Shown here piece by piece: positions 52,954 to 64,000 of a DNA stretch of 64,000 nt. The stretch's first letter is position 1; the number at the start of each line of letters is the position of its first letter. Under the pieces are notes generated by a model. The model worked only from the letters and a program-made list of their open reading frames with translations. It did no database searches and was not told the DNA's origin. The translations under genes were made by a program, and so were the position numbers. The stretch is from Bdellovibrionota bacterium (GTDB taxonomy: Bacteria > Bdellovibrionota_G > JALEGL01 > DATDPG01): the NCBI GenBank assembly GCA_963668355.1, contig OY764265.1, positions 320,001-384,000 on the forward strand, given 5' to 3'.

Positions 52954-54963
52954 CTAGCTTTGAAAGAGAGCCTGCTCCTGGAGGCTTTTCACACGATCCC
53001 TGAGCTTGGCCGCCTTCTCAAACTCCAAATCCTTCGCCGCTTGAAACATCTCTTGTTTCAGCGTCTCAATCTTCTTTTCCAATTCCTCCGCCGAAGCATA
53101 CTCTTCCTTCGCCTCCTTCAATCCCGTGACATCCACGTAGTCCGCATTGTAAATGGCGGCCATGGGCGAATGAATGGCCCTTCGAATGGTCTCCGGCGTG
53201 ATTCCATGCGTTTTATTGTAAGCCATTTGTATCTTCCGACGACGTTGCGTTTCGTCCATGGCAATCTTCATGGATCCGGTGATTCGGTCGGCATACATTA
53301 AAACCCTTCCCTCAACATTTCGAGCCGCTCGACCAAAGGTCTGAATCATGGAGGTTACGGATCGAAGAAACCCTTCTTTATCGGCATCCAAAATGGCGAC
53401 CAACGACACTTCGGGCAAATCCAAACCCTCACGCAAGAGGTTAATGCCAACCAAGACATCGAATTTTCCCATTCTCAGATCCCTGAGAATCTCAATTCGC
53501 TCCAAGGTTTCCACATCTGAATGCAGGTACTTCACACGAATTTTCAAGTCTCGGTAATACTCTGTCAGGTCTTCGGCCATCCGCTTGGTCAGGGTTGTTA
53601 CCAAGACGCGTTCATTTCGTTCAATTCGAATTCGAATTTCACCGAGCAAATCATCCACTTGGTGTCCGGCGGGACGCACCTCCACTTCGGGATCCAAAAG
53701 TCCGGTAGGGCGAATCACTTGCTCAACGATCTCCCCTTGGGTTCGGTTCAATTCATAGGGCCCCGGAGTGGCTGACACATACACCACAGGTTTCTTAAAC
53801 CCTTCGAACTCTTCAAACTTCATCGGTCGGTTATCCAACGCCGAAGGAAGTCGAAAACCGTATTCCACCAACGTCTGTTTCCGACTTCGATCCCCTCGAT
53901 ACATGGCCCGAATTTGTGGCACCCCCACATGGCTTTCATCAATGATGCAGAGAAAATCCTTTGGGAAATAATCCAATAGGGTCGGAGGGCGTTCTCCCGG
54001 CTTCGCTCCCGTCATATGCCGCGTATAGTTTTCAATGCCCGAACAAAACCCCATTTCTTCCATCATCTCGATATCAAAGAGAGTTCGTTGCTCCAATCGT
54101 TGGGCCTCAACCAATTTGTTTAACTTCTTCAACTCCTGCAACCGCTCCCTCAACTCAATTTGAATGGAAGCAATGGCCTTTTTCATTTGATCTTTCGAAG
54201 TCACATAATGGCTTCCCGGATACACAGCCACCTGCTTCAAGCCCCCAAGAAGTTCTCCCGTCAAGGGATCCAGCTCTTCAATCTTTTCAACTTCATCCCC
54301 AAAAAAAGTAACTCGGAGAGATCGGTTCTCTTCATGAGCCGGAAATATTTCCACGACATCTCCACGAACCCGAAATTTGCCTCGAGAAAAATCAACGTCA
54401 TTTCGTTCGTATTGAATTTCCACCAAACGTTTCAAAAGAAAATCACGTTCCATTTCCTCGCCAACGTGAATGGGGACCAGAAGCGAACGATATTCGTCGG
54501 GGTTTCCAAGGTTATAAATGCAGGAAACGGAAGCGACAACGATCGTATCCGGACGGACCAACACAGAGCGAGTGGCCGAATGCCTCATTTTGTCGATCTC
54601 TTCGTTAATGCTGGCGTCTTTTTCGATGTAGGTATCACTGGAAGGCACGTAAGCCTCGGGCTGATAGTAATCGTAATAACTCACGAAATACTCCACCGCG
54701 TTTTCCGGGAAAAAACTTCGAAACTCACTAAACAGCTGAGCTGCAAGGGTTTTATTGGGTGCGATGATCAGCGTAGGCTTTCCAACGCGTTCAATGACAT
54801 TCGCCATCGTAAACGTCTTTCCCGAGCCCGTCACACCCAAGAGCACCTGGTCTTGTTTGCCCGCTTCTAACCCAGACACCAGAGACTCAATGGCTTCCGG
54901 TTGATCTCCCCTGGGCGAAAATTCGGTAGAGAGTTTAAATGGGGCTACCCCTTGATTCGCCAC
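52954..54963 (-). CDS. uvrB: Excinuclease ABC subunit B
   Basis: [26 protein letters not shown]-terminal UVR domain. Confidence 0.98.
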   Translation of the reverse strand: MANQGVAPFKLSTEFSPRGDQPEAIESLVSGLEAGKQDQVLLGVTGSGKTFTMANVIERVGKPTLIIAPNKTLAAQLFSEFRSFFPENAVEYFVSYYDYYQPEAYVPSSDTYIEKDASINEEIDKMRHSATRSVLVRPDTIVVASVSCIYNLGNPDEYRSLLVPIHVGEEMERDFLLKRLVEIQYERNDVDFSRGKFRVRGDVVEIFPAHEENRSLRVTFFGDEVEKIEELDPLTGELLGGLKQVAVYPGSHYVTSKDQMKKAIASIQIELRERLQELKKLNKLVEAQRLEQRTLFDIEMMEEMGFCSGIENYTRHMTGAKPGERPPTLLDYFPKDFLCIIDESHVGVPQIRAMYRGDRSRKQTLVEYGFRLPSALDNRPMKFEEFEGFKKPVVYVSATPGPYELNRTQGEIVEQVIRPTGLLDPEVEVRPAGHQVDDLLGEIRIRIERNERVLVTTLTKRMAEDLTEYYRDLKIRVKYLHSDVETLERIEILRDLRMGKFDVLVGINLLREGLDLPEVSLVAILDADKEGFLRSVTSMIQTFGRAARNVEGRVLMYADRITGSMKIAMDETQRRRKIQMAYNKTHGITPETIRRAIHSPMAAIYNADYVDVTGLKEAKEEYASAEELEKKIETLKQEMFQAAKDLEFEKAAKLRDRVKSLQEQALFQS

Positions 54964-56339
54964 GAAGTGCCCTCCGGCGAATCCTCCACGACAACATTCA
55001 TTGCCGTCAATTCATCCCGAATTTGATCGGCCCGATCAAAGTTCTTTTCCCTTCGAGCCTCTGCACGTTCAGCGATCAGCTGTTCCACCTTGGTTGCATC
55101 CAAGTCCCCTTCTGCAGGACGGTTTTTGAAATACTCTTCCGGATTGGCTTGGAACAAACCCAGAACGCCTCCCAATTCCACAAACAAGTCTTTCATCGCG
55201 CCAGCTTGGGCTAGCGTTTCCTTTTTACGCTGAAGGCGATTGATCTCTTTCACCATTTCGAACAAGACCCCCATGGCCTTCGCACTATTGAAGTCATCAT
55301 CCATGGCTTCCTCGAAACGTTCTCGAAAACTACCTTCGGGCTCAACCTTTTCCGGAGAAGGAGGAACGGACAGAAGAACGCGATACATTCGATCTAGACC
55401 TCGGGCGGCTTCCTCCATGGCTCCATCCGAAAAATCGATCGGAGAACGATAGTGAAACGAGAGCATGTAAAACTTGATCGCTTCCGCATGAAATTTGGAC
55501 AGAAGTTTTTTTAAATTCACCATATTGCCCAAAGATTTAGACATCTTTTCTTTGTTGATGTTTACAAATCCATTGTGAAACCAATAAGTGGCAAACTGCG
55601 CTTCATTGGCTGCTTCGGATTGGGCAATCTCATTCTCGTGATGAGGAAAGATGAGATCTTGTCCTCCGGCATGAATGTCAATGCTCTCTCCCAAATGTTC
55701 TTTGGCCATAGCCGAGCATTCAATATGCCACCCCGGACGACCTTTTCCCCAAGGAGAATCCCAAGAAGGTTCCTCCGGTTTGGCTTTCTTCCATAAGGCA
55801 AAATCCAAAGGGTCTTTTTTCTTCTCACCGGGAAAAACCCGAGCTCCAACTTTTAAATCCTCCGTTCGCCTTCGGGACAACTTTCCATATTCTTTGCATG
55901 CGGGGATGGAAAAATACACATCCCCATCGGACGCATAGGCGTGTCCTTTTTGGATCAACGTCTCGATGAATTGGATGATGCCCTTAATGGTGGTCGTTGC
56001 TTGAGGACTGACGGCTGGGGGCAATAAGCCAAGGTTGGCCATATCTTCATTATAAGAAGCCGTATAGGTTTCAGAAATCTCCGAGAACACCACACCTTCG
56101 TCATTGGCCCGCTTGATGATTTTGTCATCAATGTCCGTAATGTTTCGAACATACTTCACCTCGTACCCTTTGTAGGTAAGGTACCGAAGAATGCAGTCAT
56201 ATACGATGTAGGTTCGGCCATGGCCAATATGGGCGTGGTCATACACCGTTGGGCCACACACATACATTCGCACTTTATGGGGTTCAATCGTCTTAAACTC
56301 TTCCTGGCTCCGTGTGAGCGTATTGTAGACCTTCAACAT
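54945..56339 (-). CDS. cysS: Cysteine--tRNA ligase
   Basis: [27 protein letters not shown]. Confidence 0.98.
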   Translation of the reverse strand: MLKVYNTLTRSQEEFKTIEPHKVRMYVCGPTVYDHAHIGHGRTYIVYDCILRYLTYKGYEVKYVRNITDIDDKIIKRANDEGVVFSEISETYTASYNEDMANLGLLPPAVSPQATTTIKGIIQFIETLIQKGHAYASDGDVYFSIPACKEYGKLSRRRTEDLKVGARVFPGEKKKDPLDFALWKKAKPEEPSWDSPWGKGRPGWHIECSAMAKEHLGESIDIHAGGQDLIFPHHENEIAQSEAANEAQFATYWFHNGFVNINKEKMSKSLGNMVNLKKLLSKFHAEAIKFYMLSFHYRSPIDFSDGAMEEAARGLDRMYRVLLSVPPSPEKVEPEGSFRERFEEAMDDDFNSAKAMGVLFEMVKEINRLQRKKETLAQAGAMKDLFVELGGVLGLFQANPEEYFKNRPAEGDLDATKVEQLIAERAEARREKNFDRADQIRDELTAMNVVVEDSPEGTSWRIKG

Positions 56340-56438
56340 AGAGGCGCATGCTAACACAGATCATTTCGAAAATCGTGCTCACACCAACCTTCTGAAATGT
56401 CTACGAAATGTAGGGGGGACAAGAATTTCGGCCAAGCT

Positions 56439-58262
56439 TCATTTCATCATTCGACGTCGTCGAAGTTCGAAATTGTAGGCATTGGTCAATTCGTCGTGAG
56501 AAACCATCCCGAGAATCTTCCGTGGCTGATCCGGATCAACGACCGGCAATCGGGTCAGACCACTTTCCAAAAATCGTTTCAACGCCGTATCACAAAGATC
56601 TTCGGGAAAAACCGATACCGGAGGCACCATCAAGTCCCTGGCAATGAGCAAATGATCCGCATTGGGGTCGGTCAAATATTCATGGAAATGCTGCAAATCC
56701 AGAAGGCCCACCAATTCTTTGTTTTGATCCACCACGGGATAAACCAAGTGGTGAACACGGTTGACCACTTCCAACATCTCTTGCATGGAGGCGCCTTCAC
56801 GAATGCTCACCACATCCTTGACCACCCAAGCATCTTTCACGCGCAAAGACTCAAAAATATCCAAGGCAAAATCGGCCACATGCGCTCCTGAGGCCAAGCG
56901 ATTCTTAATCTGTTTCTCATACAAACTGGCTTTTCTAAGCGTCAAAGAGATGACGGAAACCAACATGAGTGGAACCAACAGCCCATACCCCATTGTCATT
57001 TCGGAAACCAAAATCAAGGCGGAAACGGGCGCATTCGAGATGCCCGCAAACAACCCCGCCATTCCCACCAAAGCAAAGGGAGCCACATGAGGGACTAAGT
57101 CCGGAGCTACCTGCTGAGCCGCCGAACCAATTGCCGCCCCCAACATTCCCCCAATGACCAAAGAGGGACCAAAAACCCCTCCGCTTCCTCCCGAGCTGAT
57201 GGTCAATGAAGTGGTTAGAATTTTTCCAAAGGCAATGGCCAACGCAGGCATCAAGGCAATCCCGCCGACAATAGCCGTTTGCAAGTATCCGTATCCACCT
57301 CCGCGGGCTTCGGGAAGCGCCAACCCGATCAAAGCCACGCCCAACCCACCCAAAGCAGGCTTCAATTTGTTTGAAATGGGAATCTTATGAAAAACATGAT
57401 CCCGCATGCCATAAAACACACGTACGTAAATGGCCCCGACACCTGCACAAATGGCACCCAAGGCGAGGTAAATAGAGAGGGCTTTCCATCCCGTAAACAC
57501 GATGGGAGGTAGACCAAAAATGCTCCCCGTTCCCGAAAACAACGTCAAAATGCTATAGGCGACCACCGATGAAAAAATGCACGGAACAATGGCATCCGTT
57601 TCAAAGTCTTCCGCGTACAAAACTTCAGCAGCAAACAAGGCTCCACCCAAAGGGGCTCGAAAAATGGCGCCAATTCCTCCACCCGCTCCACACAATAAAA
57701 GGATTCTTCGCTCTCGGGGAGAAAGATGAAGAAGGTCCGCAATCCATGTACCTACTCCTGCACCTACCTGAGCAATGGGCCCCTCTCGACCTGCGCTTCC
57801 TCCGCTGGCCAATGTAACAATGGAAGCGAGGCCCTTTACAAAAGGAACCCGCTTTCGGATTTTTCCGCCCTTGGTATGAAATGCATCGATCACCGCATCG
57901 GTGCCGTGGCCTTCTGCCTCCGGGGCGAAGGTATACACCAACCAACCTGAAATTAGCCCTCCTAGGATGGGAAGACAGAAAAAGACCCACGGGCGCCGCG
58001 TCACCTGATCCAACACAAAGGCCGAGGTCTCACCCGCCGGATGGGGAATTTCGTATCCGGCCCACACGCCCATCCACATATGATGGACAAAATCCAACCC
58101 CCAACCAAAACCCACAGCAACCAGCCCCGCAAAAGCTCCGGTTAAACAGCTCAGGTAAACAATTCGAAGGGACAGTTGTCGTCCCATCAAATGACCAATC
58201 TTCTGGGCCATCGCAGAAGGAGAGAAAAAGTCGAATGACCCTTTGTGATTCGAATTTGGCAT
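56439..58262 (-). CDS. ClC family chloride channel/transporter with CBS pair
   Basis: GHGTD, GREGP, GGVFGP motifs; C-terminal CBS domains. Confidence 0.93.
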   Translation of the reverse strand: MPNSNHKGSFDFFSPSAMAQKIGHLMGRQLSLRIVYLSCLTGAFAGLVAVGFGWGLDFVHHMWMGVWAGYEIPHPAGETSAFVLDQVTRRPWVFFCLPILGGLISGWLVYTFAPEAEGHGTDAVIDAFHTKGGKIRKRVPFVKGLASIVTLASGGSAGREGPIAQVGAGVGTWIADLLHLSPRERRILLLCGAGGGIGAIFRAPLGGALFAAEVLYAEDFETDAIVPCIFSSVVAYSILTLFSGTGSIFGLPPIVFTGWKALSIYLALGAICAGVGAIYVRVFYGMRDHVFHKIPISNKLKPALGGLGVALIGLALPEARGGGYGYLQTAIVGGIALMPALAIAFGKILTTSLTISSGGSGGVFGPSLVIGGMLGAAIGSAAQQVAPDLVPHVAPFALVGMAGLFAGISNAPVSALILVSEMTMGYGLLVPLMLVSVISLTLRKASLYEKQIKNRLASGAHVADFALDIFESLRVKDAWVVKDVVSIREGASMQEMLEVVNRVHHLVYPVVDQNKELVGLLDLQHFHEYLTDPNADHLLIARDLMVPPVSVFPEDLCDTALKRFLESGLTRLPVVDPDQPRKILGMVSHDELTNAYNFELRRRRMMK

Positions 58263-58318
58263 GGTGGACTGCCCCTATAGAAGATGAATCCCTTAAGTTC
58301 AAGAGATAATGGAAAGAC

Positions 58319-58346
58319 TTGGCGCAAGGCGTTGGGGTGCTATAAT
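58319..58346 (+). promoter_or_regulatory. Putative sigma70 promoter
   Basis: TTGGCG-N16-TATAAT with extended TGn. Confidence 0.55.
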
Positions 58347-58364
58347 CCATAGCTACCTGAAATT

Positions 58365-59405
58365 ATGCCCATTTCGACCATTCCAAAAATCTCTACGCCG
58401 CGAAAGCGGGTGGAGAACCTGCTTAACGAAAATCGCTCGTTAAAAAGCACCATTGGGTTGCTAACGCATTGCCGAGAAATTTCGTCCCAAATCGAAATGG
58501 AACCGGTCGCCCAAGCCACACTAAAAGTATTGGCGTCACTGGTTCAAGCCACCTCCGCTTTTATGGTGTCTCGACTGGACGACGAGTCCTGTTTTCGCTT
58601 TTTGGCCACACAGGGAATCTCTTGCCAAGAAGCCAAAGCCATCTCCGACCGAGTAGACCCTTTTCGAGTGAGATACACACGACCCAGCTCCCGAATGAAA
58701 TGGATTCAGGACATCCGTGGCCCCATGCTCATCGCTCGCTTGCAGACCCAGCACGCGCCCAGTACTTCCGTTGTCTTAACGTTTGATCCCCAAGAAGAGC
58801 CAAACCGAAAAAATTTGGACCGAATTCAAGTCGTGACGCTTCATGCGGCCCAAGCATTGGACAACGCTTCTCGCTTTGAGCGCGCCCAAAACCTTTCCTT
58901 CACCGATGACGTTACAGGCTTGTACAACATTCGCTATTTGGAACTTTTTTTGGACAAAGAACTTCATCGCGCCAAAAGACTAAACTATCCCGTTTCTTTC
59001 CTGTTCATGGATATGGACCACTTCAAAAAAGTCAACGATGGACACGGCCATTTGATTGGAAGTGGACTATTGATTTTGGTCGCCAAGGAACTCAAGAATT
59101 TGGTTCGAGATGGTGACGTCGTCGTTCGCTATGGAGGCGATGAATATGTTTTGATCTTAATCAACACGCCTGCAAAAGATGCCAAACAAGTGGCCGAACG
59201 AATTCGGAAACGAATTGAAACGTTCCCGTTCAAAGATCGACTCGGCTTGGGTGATAAGGGAACGCTTCCTCCCCTCACAGCTTCGATTGGAATCGCAACC
59301 TTTCCTCAACACGCAAAAGATTGCAAAACCGTTTTACGCCTGGCGGATCAGGCCATGTATGAAGCCAAGAAAAACCGGAATGCGGTTCACTTAAGTTCGA
59401 CCTAA
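58365..59405 (+). CDS. GAF-like + GGDEF diguanylate cyclase
   Basis: DDVTGLYN, DMDHFKKVND, RDGD I-site, RYGGDEY. Confidence 0.9.
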   Translation: MPISTIPKISTPRKRVENLLNENRSLKSTIGLLTHCREISSQIEMEPVAQATLKVLASLVQATSAFMVSRLDDESCFRFLATQGISCQEAKAISDRVDPFRVRYTRPSSRMKWIQDIRGPMLIARLQTQHAPSTSVVLTFDPQEEPNRKNLDRIQVVTLHAAQALDNASRFERAQNLSFTDDVTGLYNIRYLELFLDKELHRAKRLNYPVSFLFMDMDHFKKVNDGHGHLIGSGLLILVAKELKNLVRDGDVVVRYGGDEYVLILINTPAKDAKQVAERIRKRIETFPFKDRLGLGDKGTLPPLTASIGIATFPQHAKDCKTVLRLADQAMYEAKKNRNAVHLSST

Positions 59406-59412
59406 CCTTAAA

Positions 59413-60177
59413 TCATCGACGACGCTGCATCTTCGCCAGTAAACGAAGAATTTCTAAGTAAAGCCAAATCAGCGTGACCAATAAAGCAAACGCCCCATAC
59501 CACTCCATAAATTTGGGAGCGCCCTGCCGAGCGCCTTCTTCAATCAGGTCAAAGTCCAAAATCAAATTCAGCGCGGCAATTCCCACCACAAAAAGACTGA
59601 ATCCGATTCCGAGAAGGCCACCTTCATGAATGAAGGGGATGGTGGTGCCGAAAAAACTCAACACCCATGAAATCATATAGACAAACATGATGCCGCCCGT
59701 CGCAGCCATGACCCCCAACTTAAATTTTGGAGTCGCGCGCAAAACCTTTGAGCGATACAGCCACAGCATGACAGCAAACACACCAAAAGTAGCAAACACG
59801 GCCTGCGAAACAATTCCAGGAAATTGCATCTCGAACATCACCGAAATGCCGCCCAGGACCAATCCTTCAAAAGCCGCGTAGAGAGGCGCCGTGTAAGGAG
59901 CCCAGGTCTTTTTGAAAATTGTGACCATGGCCAAAACCATCCCACCAATTAAGCCGATCCAGAGATACGTCATGGAGGGGGTCTGTCCCCAACGAAAAGC
60001 CTCCATCATATTGGACCAGGTCCAAAAAGACGTCAGCAAAACCACTCCGAGCAAAATGAGAGTCTTGGTCGAAGTTCCTTTAATGGTCATCACTTCCGTA
60101 TCGCTTCCGGCAAGGCCCATGAAGCTCGGGTTGGAAAACGTTCCGGGTTTCAATGCAGGATTACTGGATCGAATCAT
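59413..60177 (-). CDS. Bax inhibitor-1/YccA family membrane protein
   Basis: RSSNP, LYAAFEG, LILDFDLIE, TLIWLYLEILRLL. Confidence 0.9.
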   Translation of the reverse strand: MIRSSNPALKPGTFSNPSFMGLAGSDTEVMTIKGTSTKTLILLGVVLLTSFWTWSNMMEAFRWGQTPSMTYLWIGLIGGMVLAMVTIFKKTWAPYTAPLYAAFEGLVLGGISVMFEMQFPGIVSQAVFATFGVFAVMLWLYRSKVLRATPKFKLGVMAATGGIMFVYMISWVLSFFGTTIPFIHEGGLLGIGFSLFVVGIAALNLILDFDLIEEGARQGAPKFMEWYGAFALLVTLIWLYLEILRLLAKMQRRR

Positions 60178-60230
60178 CTTCTTCCTTTCGTGGTCACGTT
60201 GACTTCAAGTTAGGCACAACCGAAGGGTTG

Positions 60231-61169
60231 TCAATTTTCATCTTTCTTTTTGACCGCTTGATCCAAGGTGTTTTTGGATATTTTTTCAAACCGTTCACGT
60301 CGATAGTCACAGGCCTCATCCGGGTGACGAATCAAATACTTCATGTTTTTGTGATCCAATTTATCCATGGCATTTCGAATGGGGAGCTTCAATCCGTCCT
60401 CCAAAACATGTACCCCCTCATCAATCGAATCTTGATGCTCTTCGACCACACCATAACAAATCAACGACGAAGCCAACTCCATCAACATCATCGGCTCTTT
60501 CAACAAATCTCCTCGGACGGCTTGCTTCATCAATGCACGCGACTTGGTTTTATCCCCACGTACGCGCGCAAAAATCCAGAACCAAAACGAATCCGGCATG
60601 ATGCGATACAAAGCCGCTTGCATAATGGTCGCCAACTGATTGGTGGTAAGTGTTCCTCGATGATGAAAGCTTGAAGGCAGCTCTTGCGCTTTTTCCAAGG
60701 CCAACATCATGGGTCGCAACACACGAAGCGTTTTCCACGTCTGCCCCCACGTCGAAGCTTGCATGGCATAACAAGCCCCCTTGAGCAAAAAACATTCAGC
60801 ATTTTCCGGAGCCACCTTGATGCACTGATCCACATGAGCATGACATTTTTTCCCGAGATCATTTTTTATTTTCAGGAAATCTTCTTTCTTTCCCCTTTGC
60901 TCCTCAAGATAAAGGCCTTCTTTTTCCCAGAAAGAAACTCTAGCTCTTGCCCAATGAAGATACGGATGATTCGGAAAACTTTTCTCCATTTGGTCCAGAA
61001 GATGTGTAACCACATCTAAGCGATTGGGATTTTCAAAACGGAAAAATTCCTTTTCCGCCAACTCTACGTAAGCCTGAGCGGGATCTTTTGCCGGTTCAGC
61101 AAGTGCTTCAGAGAGTTGAAACACCCCTCCCAAAAGCACCATTAAAAGAAGGAAAAAAGCCGTTTTCAC
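60231..61169 (-). CDS. Exported helical (TPR-like) hypothetical protein
   Basis: Signal peptide; no recognised catalytic motif. Confidence 0.65.
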   Translation of the reverse strand: MKTAFFLLLMVLLGGVFQLSEALAEPAKDPAQAYVELAEKEFFRFENPNRLDVVTHLLDQMEKSFPNHPYLHWARARVSFWEKEGLYLEEQRGKKEDFLKIKNDLGKKCHAHVDQCIKVAPENAECFLLKGACYAMQASTWGQTWKTLRVLRPMMLALEKAQELPSSFHHRGTLTTNQLATIMQAALYRIMPDSFWFWIFARVRGDKTKSRALMKQAVRGDLLKEPMMLMELASSLICYGVVEEHQDSIDEGVHVLEDGLKLPIRNAMDKLDHKNMKYLIRHPDEACDYRRERFEKISKNTLDQAVKKKDEN

Positions 61170-61754
61170 TTAGGATCGATAGTAAGGATTCTCTCCACCC
61201 GCGTGGTCCGTAACATCGATGACTTCTTTGATTTCTGGGACCACCTCACGAATGCGAACTTCCACACCCTGTTTCAACGTTACATTCGCCATGCCACAAC
61301 CGTGACAACCGCCGCCCATACGGACGAACGCTTTGTCATCGTCGACCTTGATCAATTGGACAAAGCCGCCGTGGCTTCCGAGCGAAGGGTTGATTTCTTG
61401 ATCAAACAAATCTTGGATTTTCTTGGCCAACGGATGGGAAAGATCCGGTCCTGTTTTATCGTTGGGATTAGTCACCTTAAACCCTGCGCCAGACGCATTT
61501 TCAATCCAATCCACCGTGGCACCATCGAGGGCTTCGGCACTTTGCACATCGGCCACCAATCGAAAATTTCCCATATTTTCGATGACGTCATCGGCGGCTT
61601 TTTCTTTTTCGTGATCCAAAAAGAATTGATAACTCAAGCCACCCATTCCAGGAGCCCCAACGCGAATCCGCAAAAGCTGGCCTTCCTTTTCTTGCTGAGC
61701 CTCCATATAGGAGAGCACTTTAGCTTCAGCTTCTTTTGAAAACTCGATTTTCAT
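61170..61754 (-). CDS. nfuA: Fe-S biogenesis protein NfuA
   Basis: Degenerate A-type N-domain; INPSLGSHGG, GGGCHGCG, DVTDH. Confidence 0.9.
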   Translation of the reverse strand: MKIEFSKEAEAKVLSYMEAQQEKEGQLLRIRVGAPGMGGLSYQFFLDHEKEKAADDVIENMGNFRLVADVQSAEALDGATVDWIENASGAGFKVTNPNDKTGPDLSHPLAKKIQDLFDQEINPSLGSHGGFVQLIKVDDDKAFVRMGGGCHGCGMANVTLKQGVEVRIREVVPEIKEVIDVTDHAGGENPYYRS

Positions 61755-61830
61755 GAAATTCCTTTCTGATCCGTTTGCAGTTTTTTTATGGAGTACCTTT
61801 TCTCACGAAAGTCGTCAATCACCCCTCTGA

Positions 61831-62466
61831 TCAGGCATCGCAGGCAATTTGCAGGCCACGCAAACCATAATCTAGGAGTTCCCGAGCGATCGCATCGCGA
61901 TCCACGTCACCCAACTCTCGCATAACTAAGTAGCGAAACAACACTTCTTTGATGCTTCCAATGACGGCCGCAGCCACCACTCGTTCATTCACAGATCGAA
62001 TCAGCCCCAATTTCGCCCCATTGAGCAGCGCGCGAGCCGTCATTCGATACAGGAACGAGTTCAGATCATTGATCTTCTGATTGACCTCCTCGTTGACCCC
62101 CATGGCCTCTCGAAACAAGATGATGGTTAAGTCTCTGTGATCAAAGAGCAAATTCACAACGCGCTGCACATTCGCCAACATTTGTCCGAAGACGTCTCCC
62201 TCTTCGGCTCGAACGTTTTGCACGCTTCCCATGAGCTTTGCGATGAATCCATCCAAAAGCTCATAAAAAAGAGCTTCTCGGCTCTCAAAGTACAAATAGA
62301 ATGTCCCTCGCGAAATCCCGGCGGCCTCAATGACATCGGCCACACTGGTCGCTTGATAACCCTTTTCTCCAATCAACTTCTCTGCGACGTGAAGAATTTC
62401 TTCTCTTCGAGCTTTTCGCTTTCCTGCGGCCCGGACCGTTCTTCCATCTACATGCGCTTCCTTCAT
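61831..62466 (-). CDS. TetR/AcrR family transcriptional regulator
   Basis: GYQATSVADVIEAAGISRGTFYLYF. Confidence 0.92.
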   Translation of the reverse strand: MKEAHVDGRTVRAAGKRKARREEILHVAEKLIGEKGYQATSVADVIEAAGISRGTFYLYFESREALFYELLDGFIAKLMGSVQNVRAEEGDVFGQMLANVQRVVNLLFDHRDLTIILFREAMGVNEEVNQKINDLNSFLYRMTARALLNGAKLGLIRSVNERVVAAAVIGSIKEVLFRYLVMRELGDVDRDAIARELLDYGLRGLQIACDA

Positions 62467-63242
62467 GCCGCTTCCCCCTTTTCTACTTCTTCGGGAAGTT
62501 CCCCCCGCTCAACAAAACGTGAAAGAACCTCGCGAACTTCTTCCGCCAAGGCTTCCAATTCTTCGTCGGACTTATTGGCCGTTTCGTATTGTCTCCCGAC
62601 ATAAACCGTCACGTTTCCCGGTTTAAAAAGCAGGCTTCCTTTTTGATTCACTTCGTACATTCCGCGCACTGCAAACGGAACCACAGGATAGCCCGCATCC
62701 CTAGCCATGCGAAAAACGCCTTTTCGAAATTTCTGAATTTTCCCATCTCGCGTGCGATGGGCTTCCGGAAATACAAGAATGGACAAACCCTCTTCCAAAC
62801 GAACCTTGGCCTCTCGGGTTAAATCTTCCAACATGGATCGTTTCCGACGAAATACAGGGATGCCTCTGGAGGCTTTCATCATCCATCCATAGCCGGGAAC
62901 TTTAAAATGCCATGCATCCATCACCCCACAAAACGGCATGGGAATCGACGCACACGCAACATGTGCATCCAACAAGTTGGTATGATTCGAGCAGTACACA
63001 CTGGGTCGTTTTCTCTCCAACTTGGGATCATAGATGACCTTGAACTTGCTCAAAGTGAATCGCACGCACAACCCCATGCTCGGTGCCGAAAGCCATGTAT
63101 GGACTTTTGAGAATGGCATAAAAACCGTCAACAAAATGGTGGTGGTGGAACCAATGAGCATGGAAATGAACGCCAAGATCCACACCACAGACGAAAAGAT
63201 TACTTGTACCCCCCATAAAAAAGCACGCTTCATCTCAAACAC
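62463..63242 (-). CDS. Lysophospholipid acyltransferase (PlsC family)
   Basis: NHTNLLD, FPEAHRT motifs. Confidence 0.88.
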   Translation of the reverse strand: MFEMKRAFLWGVQVIFSSVVWILAFISMLIGSTTTILLTVFMPFSKVHTWLSAPSMGLCVRFTLSKFKVIYDPKLERKRPSVYCSNHTNLLDAHVACASIPMPFCGVMDAWHFKVPGYGWMMKASRGIPVFRRKRSMLEDLTREAKVRLEEGLSILVFPEAHRTRDGKIQKFRKGVFRMARDAGYPVVPFAVRGMYEVNQKGSLLFKPGNVTVYVGRQYETANKSDEELEALAEEVREVLSRFVERGELPEEVEKGEAA

Positions 63243-64000
63243 TCACTTTCAAAGCTTTGGGCAGCACGTCCAAGCGCTGAGGCTCGACCCGCGTCACCTC
63301 TCCATCCACCATGATGGGAATTTTTTCTTTTAAGGAAAACTCCATGGATCGCACCTTAGACTCTTTCACTTGATCCAAACGAACATGGGTTCCTTTAAAA
63401 ATTTTTGGAAATGCCTTCAGCAAAGAAAATCGCCCCATCTCTCCAACCTCGATCAAATCTGCCATTCCATCGTCGGTAGCCGCATGAGGCGCCATCATCA
63501 TTTTCCCTCCCGTGAACCGGCTATTGTTTATGGACAAAAACGTCGTGGGCTTGGTCTCCATCGCCAACCCATTCACCTTCCACGAAAAGCTTTTAGATTT
63601 GAGGTGGGCGATTTCTGACAGAACACTTAAAACGTACCCGAACTCTCCCCAAGGTTGGAATCGCGCGTTTCGCGTGGCACAGATGTCAGCCACAAACCCT
63701 AAGCTGAGCAAGTTGATGAAGAAAATCTGCCCTTCTGAATGTTCAAGGCGGATCACATCACAGAGGCGGTTCTTTTTTTCCTTCAAGGCCTTTTCTGCAT
63801 ACAGAGCGCCTTGATCTGTGAAATCCCGCAAGAAGGAGTTTCCCGTTCCCATGGGGAGAAATCCCAATGTGGGAATATCCTCGCCTTCGGGCAAAGGAAA
63901 CAAACCGTTGACGATTTCGTAACCCGTCCCATCTCCGCCCACCGAAATGAAATGCTTCACGCCTTTTTGTTGGGCCTCACAAGCCAGTTTCGTCGCGTCT
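63235..64000 (-). CDS. Diacylglycerol/lipid kinase family protein, partial (5' end beyond window)
   Basis: GGDGT, PMGTGNSF, VDGE; frame stays open to the window end. Confidence 0.88.
   Translation of the reverse strand, partial: DATKLACEAQQKGVKHFISVGGDGTGYEIVNGLFPLPEGEDIPTLGFLPMGTGNSFLRDFTDQGALYAEKALKEKKNRLCDVIRLEHSEGQIFFINLLSLGFVADICATRNARFQPWGEFGYVLSVLSEIAHLKSKSFSWKVNGLAMETKPTTFLSINNSRFTGGKMMMAPHAATDDGMADLIEVGEMGRFSLLKAFPKIFKGTHVRLDQVKESKVRSMEFSLKEKIPIMVDGEVTRVEPQRLDVLPKALKVSV

Overview
Mostly housekeeping chromosome of a moderate-GC delta-proteobacterial-type organism. Myxococcota/Bdellovibrionota-like features (inferred): PilZ and GGDEF proteins, a DnaK paralog, a MYXO-CTERM-like protein and shc. 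A long minus-strand gene run (selA-HNH-pgeF-cpoB-LysM-dprA-topA-trmFO-xerC-J/TPR-dnaK-aminotransferase-serA-purA) ends in tRNA-Lys and tRNA-Glu. Other core genes are shc, meaB, purQ, coaE, accD, murA, prmC, prfA, rpmE, recG, pyrC, folK, uppP, rplC, uvrB, cysS and nfuA. The most interesting signals are non-coding. (1) Directly after a PAS histidine kinase / sigma54 activator pair, an 850-bp gene-free region holds two parallel units. Each has a sigma54 promoter, GTA-N5-TAC sites upstream, and two hairpins whose stems differ between copies while the C-rich loops are conserved; one loop is an anti-Shine-Dalgarno sequence. These look like tandem paralogous sRNAs. (2) Downstream of tRNA-Glu, accessory genes are organised as modules, each ending in a 36-bp repeat that contains the tRNA 3' end, followed by a highly folded 200-240 nt element. 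No dedicated integrase is visible. (3) A ~165-nt hairpin RNA candidate lies upstream of selA. (4) rplC is outside the S10 operon. All structures were paired by eye and no searches were run.
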